A stretch of DNA of 64,000 bases from Octopus sinensis (GCF_006345805.1 NC_043013.1:51460001-51524000); one strand, 5' to 3'. Shown: positions 26,271 to 39,606, counted from the first letter of the stretch. Numbers and translations: made by a program. Notes: a model not told the origin generated them from the letters alone.

Positions 26271-26427
26271 TATATATATAATATATATATATTATATAAT
26301 ATATATATATATAGATAGAGATAGAGAGAGAGAGAGAGAGAGATAGATATATGTATGTATATACATAGATATATATGTATGTATATATACGCACACATAT
26401 ATATATGTATGTATATATATATATATT

Positions 26428-26476
<49 letters not shown>

Positions 26477-26981
26477 TATATATATATAATATATATTATA
26501 TATATATATATATATAATGTATTATGTTATGTGTATATGCACTAATTTCTACACAGAGAGTGTCAATTTTGTCATTGAGATAACAATTTTCCATTAATTC
26601 TGAAGCTTAAGCAAATATATGGATGGCTCTCCGTCAGTTTCGAAGATGAGCAGTTTTGTATTTAACCAACTAAATTTATATTTAAGACTTCTGAACATGC
26701 ATGCGGCTGAATATTCCATAGGCGTTTTGACTATTGGCTTTCAGTGCAGTTATCAACCCGAAACAGCGTGACACGAGAGAAAACTGGGCCCGTAAAGTAC
26801 AGTTACTAGAGAGGGAGAGAAGGAGAGAAGGGGAGAAACAAAACACGAATTGATCGGGAGAGTGGACTGCAGCAGCGAGACAAGATGAATCATGCTGAAA
26901 AGGACACAAATACCAATTTTTTAGATTCTCTTTTATTCCCTTCATTTGGCGCGTTGATTTGTATTTACACAATCTCTGATG

Positions 26982-27060
<79 letters not shown>

Positions 27061-27107
27061 AGATACATACATACATACATCAATACATACATACATACTA
27101 TCATATA

Positions 27108-27164
<57 letters not shown>

Positions 27165-27175
<11 letters not shown>

Positions 27176-27480
27176 GAAAAATACAAACTGGGACAAGAAC
27201 GTAAAACATTTAGAAGACGATACAAAAAACACGGACGGGTCATTCGAAGCCTTCAATATTCAGCCAAGAACCGGATCATCCTCGCAATTTCGGCTGATTA
27301 ATCTTGAGATTGCTCCGATCTGGCCAGCCCCAAGGAAAAACTAAGCTACGAGCATTAGTTTTCTTGGAAAAAGGGTTGACTGTATACGAAACAAGGACAG
27401 AAAAACGGACGATGCCACACGAATATAAATACAAAAAACAATAATAGTAATAACAGGACAAAAACAACGGGTGTCTTACG
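27165..27480. repeat. (TA)n-embedded interspersed repeat, second copy at 28030-28340
   Basis: gtagaaaaatacaaactgggacaagaacg...acaggacaaaaacaacggg is present twice, separated by GA-rich low-complexity DNA. Confidence 0.85.
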
Positions 27481-28452
27481 ACTATAGACTGTACAACTTA
27501 GTTTAGCTGGCGTATTTGGAAAAAAATGCCTTTTTTGGCAGACGAAAAAAATGATGTTGTTGTGGCGGTGGTCAGAAACCGAAAGGCTAGTTGACCGGCG
27601 GTCACGTGAGAGGAGAAGCGAGAGAAAAAGGGGACAAAGGAATCAAAGAGAGAGAGAGAAAAAAAGAGGGACAAAGGCACCAAAGGAGGGTAGCAGAGAG
27701 AGAAAGAAGGAATTAAAGAGGGGAGAAGAAAGAGAGCGTGCCAAGGATTGGCTTGGCGACAGAATCAGTGAGGTGCAAAGTGAGAAAGACAGAGAAATGT
27801 GAGAGAGTGGGGGAAGAGGACACCAAAGAATCAGAGGCAAGAAAAGAGAATAGGAGGAGGAGAAGAGAGAGAGAGAGAAAGAGACAGATCAAAGTGGAGT
27901 GCAAAGTGTGAAAGGCAGAGAAATGTAGGAGAGGGGGGAGAGAAAGAGACAGTGTTATAGAGTCGTACCAAATTTAAAGAAATATGTACTTACATACAAG
28001 GCCAAAAAGGGTACGGGCGCCGCTATATATATTATATGTAGAAAAATACAAACTGGGACAAGAACGTAAAACATTTAGAAGACGATACAAAAAACACGGA
28101 CGGGACATTCGAAGCCTTCAATCTTCAGTCAAGAACCGGATGATCCTCGCAATTTCGGCTGATTAAACTTGAGATCGCCCCGATCCGGCCAGCACCAAGG
28201 AAAAACTAAGCTACGAGCATTAGTTTTCTTGGAGAAAGGATCGAATGTATACGAAACAAGGACAGAAAAACGGACGATGCCACACGAATATAAATACAAA
28301 AAACAATGATAGTAATAACAGGACAAAAACAGCGGGTACACATACATATATATATATATATACATATATCTATATATACATGACCTCGCGTGTACCGTTG
28401 GCGATATTTTTTTCCTCTGTCTTCCCTTCTCTGGATCTTTCCATCTCCGATG

Positions 28453-28485
28453 ATTCCGGCGAAGAGCTCCGCTCGAAACGTTATA
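28453..28485 (+). ncRNA. minimal type I hammerhead ribozyme motif, core degenerate
   Basis: ATT CCGGCGA A GAGC TCC GCTC GAAA CG TT ATA: helix II GAGC/GCTC, GAAA, ACGT palindromic helix III. The core deviates from CUGANGA at two positions. Confidence 0.45.
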
Positions 28486-28610
28486 CCCTCCTTCTTTCCT
28501 TCTTTCCCCCGAGCGTCCAATATACTATATTTGTTCCTGTCCTCGCGTTGTTTTGTTTTTTTTTTGTACTTTCTTGTTTGGATTAACTTTATATATATGT
28601 ATATATATAT

Positions 28611-28650
<40 letters not shown>

Positions 28651-28660
28651 TATTTCTATG

Positions 28661-28699
<39 letters not shown>

Positions 28700-28887
28700 T
28701 ATATAAAATAAATAAATATTAGGGAATAAATCCAAATTTACAGGGAAAAAATCAGATTTAGGATTGAATCCAATTTTATAGTAAAATATTATATATATTA
28801 ATTAGAGACAAAACCACTATTTTGCAAATCAACAAGGAAAGACTTAATCAATACATAAAAAAATTTTAATATAAAGTAAATAAATCG

Positions 28888-28931
28888 CCACTACAATTGT
28901 TTCCTGTCTTCAAATGACATTCATCAGGTGG
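28888..28931 (-). ncRNA. minimal type I hammerhead ribozyme
   Basis: CCAC CTGATGA A TGTC ATTTGAA GACA G GAAA CAATTG TA GTGG: helix I CCAC/GTGG, intact core, helix II TGTC/GACA, palindromic helix III ACAATTGT, GUA cleavage triplet. Confidence 0.85.
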
Positions 28932-28978
28932 ATTCATATCTTCTATTCAATTTTAAAATTGAATAGAAGATATGAAAT

Positions 28979-29022
28979 CCAACTGATGAATGTCATTTGA
29001 AGACAGGAAACAATTGTAGTGG
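28979..29022 (+). ncRNA. minimal type I hammerhead ribozyme (mirror copy)
   Basis: Same as the minus copy, but the helix I 5' strand is CCAA (closing mismatch). Confidence 0.75.
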
Positions 29023-29116
29023 CGATTTATTTACTTTTTATTAAAATTTTTTTATGTATTGATTAAGTCTTTCCTTGTTTGATTTGCAAAATTGTGGTTT
29101 TGTCTCTAATTAATAT

Positions 29117-29162
<46 letters not shown>

Positions 29163-29164
29163 AT

Positions 29165-29406
29165 ATATATATATATATATATCTACTGCTAAAGATGGTA
29201 AGACAATAAAAGAAAGAGACCTCGATATTAAGTAAATAGAAGAATTTATCTGGAAATCTAATATGAGACAATTATTCGGTAGCCATGACAAAACTACGAG
29301 TTTTGATGCCGAGGTGGAAATCCACGCGGCCATCTCCACATCGGCATCCGAAAATCGGAGTTTCAACATGGCTACCGAATAATTGTCTAATATTAGATTT
29401 ACAGAT
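29165..29406. repeat. PLE-like repeat with fold-back (arms 29248-29318 and 29335-29406); same family as 48928-49130
   Basis: atctggaaatctaatatgagacaattattcggtagccatg pairs with catggctaccgaataattgtctaatattagatttacagat; inner stem gatgccga/tcggcatc is followed by GAAA. Confidence 0.8.
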
Positions 29407-29495
29407 ATATATATATATATTATATATATATATATACACACACACATACATACATAAATATATGCATATGTATATATGTGCCTATGTGTGTGTGT

Positions 29496-29762
29496 GAAGG
29501 CGCGTAGCGTAGTGCTTAGAGCGTTACGCGCGTGATTGCGAGTCCGTGGTTTCGCTTTTCACACTGGCTGTGCGTTGCGTTCTTCAGCAAAAATAATGCA
29601 GAATGTTCCAGTCCACTCATTTCTAAAAGGGAAACCCTGTGACCGAATGGCGCCCCATTTAGTGGGAATGTTTGCCTGTCTGCCTGCGTCGTCCCAAAGC
29701 TGAAGCAACGCGAGGCTTATTAGTAACCAGTGGTTTATATCACAACATCCGATAGTGTGATG
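29496..29762 (+). mobile_element. diverged family E SINE
   Basis: gaaggcgcgtagcgtagtgcttagagcg head and ttccagtccactc motif. Confidence 0.6.
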
Positions 29763-29790
29763 CTACCATGATATATATATATATATATAT

Positions 29791-29831
<41 letters not shown>

Positions 29832-30116
29832 TATATATATTTATATAAAATCAATAATAAAAGGGTAAAATTAATTAATTAATAATTAATAATTCCACCA
29901 AGTAGTATTTGGCATGTTAAAAGGATCATTTTCGGTAAACTTAAACATATATTTTTATAATTATGAGTATAATTATAATTAGGGTTCTTATAGTAGAAGA
30001 AATAGCTAAGTTCTTTGGCTGCTATTTCTAAAGATCGGTATGTGGTGAAGCAAATTTCTTTGCTAAACCCAAATTATAATTATACTCATAATTATGTATA
30101 TATATATATATATATA

Positions 30117-30183
<67 letters not shown>

Positions 30184-30479
30184 TATATGTATGTGTGTGT
30201 GTGTAAAGTTTTCGTTGCGTTATGCAACCTTTTCAATAGTCATTGACTCTCAACAAACAACACCTATTGAAAAGGTTGCAAGACGCAACGAGGATTTTAA
30301 GATTTTAGACAAAATATATAAGTACATGAGTAGAAATCGAACCGATGAGTGTGTTAGATAATAAGGCACTAAAAGAGAATGACTCTCCCTAGATGCAATT
30401 AAAATATGCTTCAACAAACGAATTCACATAATCTACACACTAAATACAATAACGATATATATATATGTATATATATGTA

Positions 30480-30524
<45 letters not shown>

Positions 30525-31797
30525 GTATATATATATATATATGTATATATATATGTATGTATATAATATATTATATATATATATATATATACATACATAC
30601 ACATAAACGACGTGAAACTATATGGATATCTATATCTCGGTACATTATGCGTATATGTATATATATATATAATATATATATATAATGTATATCTCTCTCC
30701 CATCCTTTTCTCTAATTTCATTTTCTCCCCTACACCGTTTTCTATCTGTCTCTCTATCTCTCCCCTCTTTCTCGTTTCCTTTTGTCCATCTTTCTTTTCC
30801 TCACCTGATCATCTTTCTTTCTCTTCCGGACGCATTCTATTTCTCTCTTCTATATTTTCTCTCTTCAAAGAAATCATTTCTCCAGCGTTCGCTATTTTAT
30901 CTGGTCTGACGACTATCCATGTTTGTTTTCATTCGGTTTCCTTGAATTTTTCCACTGTCCCGTTTTGTTCCCAACTTTGACCTTCCATAAATCCAAACTT
31001 TTATTTTGGTATCCATGGGAGCAACTGTCGTTAAAAACTCATATTGTCGTTCATTGGTCGAAACGTGGAGTAGATACACACCCGACAACTGATGAAGGGT
31101 CCTTCTTTTTGATACATGTCCTGTTTTCCATTTGTTTCTCACCTTGTTTGCGTATTGAACTAATTTGTTTTCGTATATCATGTTGTTTCCTGTTGGTGAC
31201 GTCCTGTACCCATATATGCATATGTATATATATTTGTGCGTATATATATATATATATATATACTACACACACAATACACACACACACGCATAGCACATAT
31301 ACACAAACACACGTTTATATTGTTCTTCATTAATTTATTTTATTTAGTTTTACACACACATACACAGATAAGATAATGAAAATAGAGAGAGAGACAGAGA
31401 GAGAGAGAGAGACGGGGAGTGAGAAAGAGGGAGAGAGAGGGAGAGAGAGGGAGAAATATTAGAGTAAGATTGGGAAAAAGAGAGAGAGAAAGAAGAAGAA
31501 AGAAGATTGCAAATGTATATTATGACAACATTTTACATTAAAAAGAAATTTTCACGAAGCTAAATCTAATTTAATGTAATTTATTGGACAGACGTAAGCT
31601 GATTAATTTTCTGATCCTCAAAAGAAAAAAAAAACAACCAGAAATAATAACATTTATAAAAATAAAGAAATTAGTAGTAAATAAATAAAAATAAAATGTT
31701 AACTACAAATTAACAGATATATAAATTAATAAACAAACAAATATATAAATACAAAATGAAGAGGATATTGAAGCTAAAGACAAATAGTAGTAGTAGC

Positions 31798-31828
<31 letters not shown>

Positions 31829-33069
31829 TCTGGGTCAATTTCTTTAGCCCAACGACAGAGAAATTGGAGCAATTAGCAAAGTACACAAGGAAAAGGTTGA
31901 AAAATTAAGAAAAATATTTTTAAATCTTTTGCTAATGGTTCCGAAATTTCTCGCTTCCGGTGAAGTGCACTTTATTATTGCAATCTGTTTTGCAGACATG
32001 AACTCTCTTCGCTACACTACACTACACAAAATCTAGAGGGTGGGTGTGGGATGTGGTCGGGCGTAGCGAAAGAGTGTTTAGTAAGACAAGACAGACAGCT
32101 TTTATTATATAAATGGGAAATATTATCTCCTCCCCTCACAATCAGCCGCCATTAAGAACAGCACCCTCCTCTCTCCCGCCAAGGAAAAAGAAGAAAAAAA
32201 CATATATTGGTGTGATCACTGTTGCCATTGGTAACACGGATTCTGTTTTGTTTGTCTTGGTATTTTGTTGGCGATGTCATAGCAAGCGTTACTAATGGAA
32301 GACTATATATATAAGGCAAAGGGTCAATTCATATTGATATCAATTATATACACACATCCATATCCAACTCGAATTTACATGCATTTACACATACATTTAT
32401 ACATGTATACACACACACACATACACACACATACACGTACATACATATATACTAAAGTTTCTTTTTATGTTCAGTGAAATAAAAAACATGCTCTATAGTT
32501 TTGTTGAGTACAAATTTACCATTCTTTAACAAGATTAGCATTAACAGTGATTTCGAAGTTTCAGATGGCTGAGCTGACCGAAAATTCGAAGTTCCTGCCG
32601 AGATTATACTTGTTAAAGAATAACATATACACACACATATATATATATATATAATCCTTTAGGATACCATCTAACGATTGCCCACCAATCTTGTCTTTCT
32701 GCCTCTAAGGCTATATTTTGCTTGTTTCTTGTTTGTTTCGTCTTTGTCCGTCGTTTTATCGTTTTAAATTGCATTTATTCACTTTCGTATGTCCACATTA
32801 TATTATTTTGTTTGCTCTCGGCCCTATATTCAGCGCGGATTTCGCGGCCACCGCTAGCATGGGAAGTTCTCAGTCTCATCATTGAAGGTACGAAACTAAA
32901 TTATACCGTCTGGTTGATAACTTTGAAGAATTAAGGACGATCTATGTCTGTCCCCTGTTATACACTCAGTATAAGTTGTACGTTTTTTACCTTAATACAG
33001 TTCTATAGTTACGAGATGAAGAATTATGTACATTATTTACATTATTTACATTTGAGACCACCTCCTCCT

Positions 33070-33460
33070 GTGGATGAAGTTCAAATAATAGATAGACAAC
33101 ACCACTGGAAAATACGAACACTAAAAGATGCAGCACATATGTTAGGACACAACCTCCTAAGCAGACCGAGTGCAGACATGTGTAGCATATGGGAACCGGT
33201 ATTAAGGAAAGAGAGGAAAATATTAGATTTATAAGCCCTAAAATTCACTCCACAACTGCCCACGGGCTTATGGTTTAGTGGTTAAGATTGCGGGATAATA
33301 ATAACATCAAAATAATAATAACATCAAAAATACCTTAGGAATGAGAACCCACCTTTGAAATTTCCCCAAAACACCTGATGAAAGCTGGAGGGTATATCAG
33401 CCGAAACGTTGGGTTAACAACAAACAAGATGAGGACAAATATACGGGAAATGTAAATAAT
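33070..33460 (+). mobile_element. Penelope-like element 3' end (GIY-YIG C-terminus plus pLTR region)
   Basis: DEVQIIDRQHHWKIRTLKDAAHMLGHNLLSRPSADMCSIWEPVLRKER resembles the PLE endonuclease C-terminal ILD.E..W..R..KEA...I...W.P.L motif, and an HHR follows ~140 bp downstream. Confidence 0.85.
33370..33415 (+). ncRNA. minimal type I hammerhead ribozyme in the PLE pLTR
   Basis: AACAC CTGATGA A A GCTG GAGGGTATAT CAGC C GAAA CG TT GGGTT: intact core, helix II GCTG/CAGC, ACGT palindrome, helix I 4 of 5 pairs. Confidence 0.8.
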
Positions 33461-33575
33461 GATTTTTACCCTGTTGTTACAATATTTTCTTCATTTATTA
33501 TATACATACATACATACATACATGCACATTCACATATACATAATTACACTGACTTTATGCCTGTGCATGTATGTT

Positions 33576-33608
<33 letters not shown>

Positions 33609-33622
33609 TGAGAGAGAGAGAG

Positions 33623-33662
<40 letters not shown>

Positions 33663-34319
33663 AGGTATGTATGTACACACATATATATATATACATATAT
33701 ATGTGAGTGTATATATAAATATATATATATGTATATATGTGTCTGTGTGTATATATATATTATATATATATATATATTATATATATATATATATATTATA
33801 TGTGTTAATTATATTTTAAACGCTTAAACGTTTAATGTATGTCGTATTTTTTCAATGTAACATAACATTAAACGTTAAAAGTTTGTAAACATATGTTTCA
33901 GAATCTTTCTTTCGCCGGAATCAAAGCCATCTCAAGATGATGGCAGCATCTCCTTCCCAGCGGACATGTAAAAGATACGGGATTCAGTTTCCGGTTCTTT
34001 GTTTGTTGATCATATTTGATAACAAATTTGTTATTTTAAGGTGTCATGCTTAATATATGCCTTTAAACTTAAGTCTTTTTCTTCCTCATTCAATAAATTT
34101 CTGTCTGGCTAGGAAGGAGCTTAACTCTAATCAATTCATATTTTTTCAGATGATTGTCAGAATTTATAGCAGACTGTAGACTCACGTTACGAAACTTTGC
34201 AGCGTCTTGAGTGATGTTACTTCTTTATTTATAGATTAATACTTGTCTTGTAGGAAAGCGAGCGATGTCTTCGGGCATCAGGCAGTGGCAAATTTTTTAT
34301 GTTCCTTATATTTATTTCT

Positions 34320-34880
34320 TTATTGCCAATAGGATGCTAAACATAGAGGGGACAAACAAAGACAGACAAAGGAATTAAGTCCATTACATCGACTCCAGTG
34401 CGTAACTGGTACTTAGTTTATCGACCCCGAAAGGAAGAAAGGCAAAGTCAACTTCGGCGGAATTTGAACTCACAACGTAAAGACAGACGAAATACCTATT
34501 TCTTTATTACCCACAAGGGGCTAAACACAGAGGGGACAAACAAGGACAGACATATGTATTAAGTCGATTACATCGACCCCAGTGCGTAACTGGTACTTAA
34601 TTTATCGACCCCGAAAGGATGAAAGGCACAGTCGACCTCGGCTAAGCATTTCTCCCGCTTTGGTAACGTTTCTTATTTCTTTACTGCCCACAAGGGGCTA
34701 CACACAGAGGGGACAAACGGATTAAATGGATTATGTCGACCCAAGTGTGTAACTGGTACTTATCTAATCGATCCCGAAAGGATGAAAGGCAAAGTCAACC
34801 TCGGCGGAATTTGAACTCACAACGTAAAGACAGACGAAATACGCTAAGCATTTCGCCCGGCGTGTTAACGTTTCTGCCAG
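34320..34880 (-). mobile_element. tandem array of about four family A SINE units
   Basis: The unit gggacaaac...aactggtactt...gaaaggcaaagtc repeats at ~34350, ~34530 and ~34710; the head is at ~34870. Confidence 0.85.
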
Positions 34881-36154
34881 CTCGCCGCCTTGTTTTACTT
34901 ATATTGCCGCGCAAACTTGTATATCTGTGTTTGTATGTTCAACACGAAGTCTGTAGAATTCACCACTTATCAATTAAATGAGCTGCTTCAAGAATTATCC
35001 AATATTTTTTCTACAGATGTCCATTAAACTTGTACACATCAGGTGTGGGGTGATAGTGACATCGAAGTTTCGACCCTCGCTCGAAATGTGTGTGTGTGTA
35101 CATGCCCTTGAGTTTATATTAGACTCCACCCGCCAACCATTTAACAACTGTTGGTTTGTTTACTAGCCCGTAACTTAGCAATCCGGATAAAGAAACCGTT
35201 AGTATAAGAGACAGGTTAGAAAAAAGAGGAATGAGCTCGACTTGTTCGAATAAACACTTTGCGCCATTGCTCCAGCATGGCTGCAAACTCTTAACTGATA
35301 CAGCTCAAGATACACCCATTTCATATCACAGTCTCAGCAATTATAGACATTTTAGATTACTTCTTCACCACCGCCATTACTTAGGTATGACAAACCACTG
35401 GACGATTTACGACCCCAACCTCACTATCTTGTATTTTTTCTGCTGAGTTAACGACGTAAGCTTGTATATATTGCGATAGCAGCAGACGGGCAACAAATCA
35501 TTATTCATTGTTCAACCAGATATTGTTTTAGTACATAGTCTGTTCCCATTACCGAGTTTATTCATTCCAAAGAACTGATAGGACGTCAGCGAAATTCAAG
35601 AATAAAAGTTAACAGAATCAACCGAAATAAATTATAGCATAATATCGAATGATTTTCTTCTCCCTTTCTCATAGACATACAAGTGGTAGTAGGGTCAGAC
35701 AAAAACACAAATACATACATACATACATATATAATATAAATAATATATAAATATATGCACATACCTATATCTGTATGTATATATACATGCATATATGGGC
35801 ACAGGACATCAACAAATGTTGGACACAATGAGAAACGAAATCATAAATACAAAAACATGGAAACGAACTTTTTTCAAACAACGAAAAAACAGAGTACAAG
35901 ACATACAATACAAGGAATATTTCCCTTCTTCAGTTGTCCCTGTTTCGGCTACTCCGCGTTCGAAAGTAAGGACAAGACGCGACTTCGTTGAAACAGTTCT
36001 TCCCGTAAAGCAAATTAAATAAAATTTGGGATTTTTTGCGGTGGGGTAAAAGTGGTAACAAGAACAGGACAGAAAGAACAAAACAAGACAGTTAAAAACA
36101 ATAAAAGTAAAAACAGTAAAATTTATATACATATATCATTTACCTTTTACTTGC

Positions 36155-37228
36155 TTTACTCATTTGACGATGGGTTGGTGCCTTCCTCTCAGATCGCTCC
36201 TTCCAAGTCCAAGTTAATGGTTCGCGGTCCGACGTCTCCAGTACGAGCAGTGGCGTGCCTCAAGGTTCAGTGCTTGGGCCCTTGTTGTTCTTAGTCTTTA
36301 TAAATTACTTGCCCGACGACCTCACGCAACACACCCTTCTATTTGCCGATGATATCAAACTGGTCGCTCCTCGCGGTAATATAGAGAATCTTCGTCGATG
36401 CCTCCACCAAATTTGGAAGTGGTCTAACGATTGGGACCTGTGTCTGAACGTGTCAAAGTGCTGTCATCTGCCTGTCGGCTCTACTCCTGCAACTCAACTT
36501 GATTTCGAGCCGGGTCGTCTGCTGCTGGAGAGGACCGATCAGGTAAAGGACCTGGGTATCTTGGTGGATTCCCCCTTTTCGCCTTCGGCCCAGTGCGTCC
36601 ATGCTGCCAACAAAGCACCCGGAATTCTGTTCTTGATTCGACGGTCATTCGAAATGCTCACAGCAGCCATATTCCTACCACTCTATGTCACGCTGGTGAG
36701 ACCCATATTGGAGTATGGGATTCAAGCCTCTTCTCCTTATCTCCTCAAAGACATACAGCATCTCGAAAGAGTCCAGAAGCTGGCTACCCGCATGGTTCAT
36801 GGTCTCAAAAATTTGTCCTACGAAGAAAGGCTGAGGACGCTCGACCTTTATTCTCCTGAAAAACGCCGCCGCCGTGGTGATCTCATTCTCGCCCACAATA
36901 TCATAAGCGGAAAGTGTAACCTCTCGAAAGAGCTGTTCTTCACTCCTGCTCCAGAGCGTCGGCTGCGGGGTCATTCCGAAAATCTCTACCTGCGACGATT
37001 TCATCTCAATCGAAGGAGAGGAGCTTTCTCCGTCCGGGTTGCGGATCCGTGGAACAAGCTGCCAGACGAGATGGTGAAGATGCCGACGGCCGCTTTGTTC
37101 AAAGCCTCCCTGGACCTCAAGTGGCCTGAACTCTTTACATGAACACCACCCTGTACTTAACTCCATGTCCCCCTACATGGCCTTGCTATTTGCTTTTGAG
37201 CCAAATTAACTAACTAACTAACTAACTG
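36155..37228 (+). mobile_element. CR1-clade LINE, 5'-truncated; RT C-terminal half (ORF 36255-37142) with (TAAC)n tail
   Basis: GVPQGSVLGPLLFLVFIN, LFADDIKL, KDLGILVD, YVTLVRPILEY, LERVQKLATRMV, RRRRGDLI, FSVRVADPWNKLP; tail taactaactaactaactaact at ~37207-37228. Confidence 0.95.
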
Positions 37229-37427
37229 ACTACAGCCATGCTGCGACACCACCTTGAAGGGTTTTAGTCGAACAAATCGGCCCCAGGGCTTATTTTCTAA
37301 GCCTAGTACTCATTCCATCAGCCGAACCGCTACGTTGTGGGAACATAAACATACAAGTGGTAGTAGGGTCAGACAAAAACACAAAGACATACATACACAC
37401 ACACGCACACACACACACACATATATA

Positions 37428-38749
37428 CAGGGTGGCCCAAAAATAGTTATGACGTAGGCACTTTAAATTTCTTTTAAAACATGTTATTACATTTAAATTG
37501 CTGTCTTACAGTCATATTGTTTATACACATCTTAAAAAGACAATGTTTAATCTCCCAGATGCTCAACATTCTTCAAAACTCTTGCAGCATTCTTCAAACC
37601 TCTTCAGAACACAGTACGGCACCAATTCCGATCTCCATCAACTTCAGTGATTGCGTTAGAAATGTAATCTTTTAATTCATTGACTGTTTGGGGATTCTTC
37701 TCATAAACCTCGTTCTTTACAACACCCCCAAAAAAGAAGTCTATTAGTGTCAGGTCAGGTGAACGCAGTGGCCATTCGATGCTGACCCGTCTTCCAAACC
37801 AACGCTGTGAAAAAGCTTGGTTAAGGTAGTCTCTTACTGTGAACGCTTAATGTGGAGGTGCTTCATCTTGCTGAAAGAACAGTTCATCAAAGTTAGCTTT
37901 GGTTCTGAGTTGTGGTACTACCACCTCACGAATCATTTCCAAGTAATTCCCTCCATTTCCAGTTCTATCAACGAAAACGGGTCCGATAACACCTTCGCTT
38001 GAGAGTGCACCCTAAACTGTAACGCTAGGCTGGTTCAGTTGAGCTTCTGTGGTCAAATGGAGATTTTCCTCAGCCCAATACCCACAGTTATGCATGTTTA
38101 CATGACCGGATGCTTTGAAGCAAGCATCATCTGACCAGATGATCTTATCCAGGTAGTCTGGTTACTCATTAGCAATTTGGTCACGCATCAATTCGCAGGA
38201 TTGCAGCCGGCGATCTGGGTCGCCCTCCAAAACACCATGTACCAGTCGTGCACGGAAATGTCTTAATTTCAGCTTATGCATTAGGCGTTGCAATGGTGTT
38301 CTTGGTATGGATAGTTCTAGGGAAGCACGTCGTATGGACTTCTTTGGACAGTTCACAAATGCCATAACCACTAACATCTCATTTCTTTCAGTCACAGAAG
38401 TCTTAGAGCGTCCAGATTTTGGTGCTTTACTCACTGAACCTGTGCTATCAAATTTATTTCTTATCCAATAAATTGTCTGGCGTGAAGGTGGAGGAGAATG
38501 AAAGGCTTCTTGCCATGCTGTGCGTACCTGCTCGCCATTTTCAGACATCCGATACTGCTTTAGTATCCACTTTCTTTGTTCTTGATTTAAGTTGTTTGCC
38601 ATGGCTCAAATTGAAAAGGGAGTTTGACAAAATTAACTAAATAAGCATAAAATATTGGTTTCTTATTTTTTTATAATTCAGATCTAAATTGATAATATAT
38701 GAATGTGAAAGAGATAGTTGAATAACTGTAAACCTACTTTTGGGCCACC

Positions 38750-38752
<3 letters not shown>
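37428..38752 (-). mobile_element. Tc1/mariner-superfamily DD41D (rosa-like) transposon, near full length, transposase pseudogene
   Basis: TIRs CAGGGTGGCCCAAAA at both ends in a TA context. ATG at 38602. WSDDACF, FFQQDEAPPH and WPLRSPDLTLIDFF give 41 residues between the 2nd and 3rd D. In-frame stops (e.g. 38162) are present. Confidence 0.92.
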
Positions 38753-38844
<92 letters not shown>

Positions 38845-39606
38845 TATACGACAGGCTTCTTCCAGTTTCCACCTACCAAGTCCACTCACAAGTAGAATAT
38901 ACTCGCTCAAAGGGCCACGCAGTGAGACTGAACCCAGAACTGTGTTCTTGAGAAGCAAGCTGCTTACCATGAAGCCACACATGCGCTCGTATACATATAA
39001 TATGGAATATATATATTAATGTTTTAGATTATTTGTTTTGTTATAAAGCCTGGACAGCATTTCTCTAAAATTTCCTGAATATGTGCTTCTAATACTGAAA
39101 TATTAAAATTCAAAGTAAAAGTAGAAACAATCGCTCCGAGTTGTTTTAATAACTTTCTTTGTTTTGACATTATCAAGAAATAATTAAAACTGCTTAAATG
39201 TACCAGACAACGCATCATGCGAATTCTACTACTCTAACATACACGCATACATACGAACGCAGACAAACACACACAAACATACACACATACTAATGCATAC
39301 TCGCACAAACACACACATACTAAAACTCGCGCGCGCGTGCGTAAGTCTTCTGTAACAGACTGTTGTGTTGCAGACTCTGATTCTCACATAAGGCGATTTA
39401 AAATATGTATTGCGTATGTCTGTGACCATTATCATGAGACTATCAATCACGAGGAGTTAATTAAATATAAAACATCCTTCTGCTAATGAATGTACACAAA
39501 AATGATTACATTTTATATCCAAACAGACGAAATGGCTTTTCACGAAAAACGTAATCTTGATGGCCAACATGGAGATAAATCCCCGGAGCACACACACACA
39601 CACACT

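Larger units (their letters stand above)
28797..29113. repeat. spacerless palindrome (centre 28954/28955) carrying two head-to-head HHRs
   Basis: Arms are reverse complements around caattttaaaattg, with about 3 substitutions and 2 indels counted by eye. Confidence 0.95.

Noticed and set aside
28105-28135. CTGAAGA..GAAT motif on the minus strand (also ~27245)
   Set aside because: GAAA is replaced by GAAT, and helices I and III are not evident.
34320-34880. Regularly spaced repeats resembling a CRISPR array
   Set aside because: These are tandem SINE units with homologous, not unique, spacers, in eukaryotic DNA with no cas genes.
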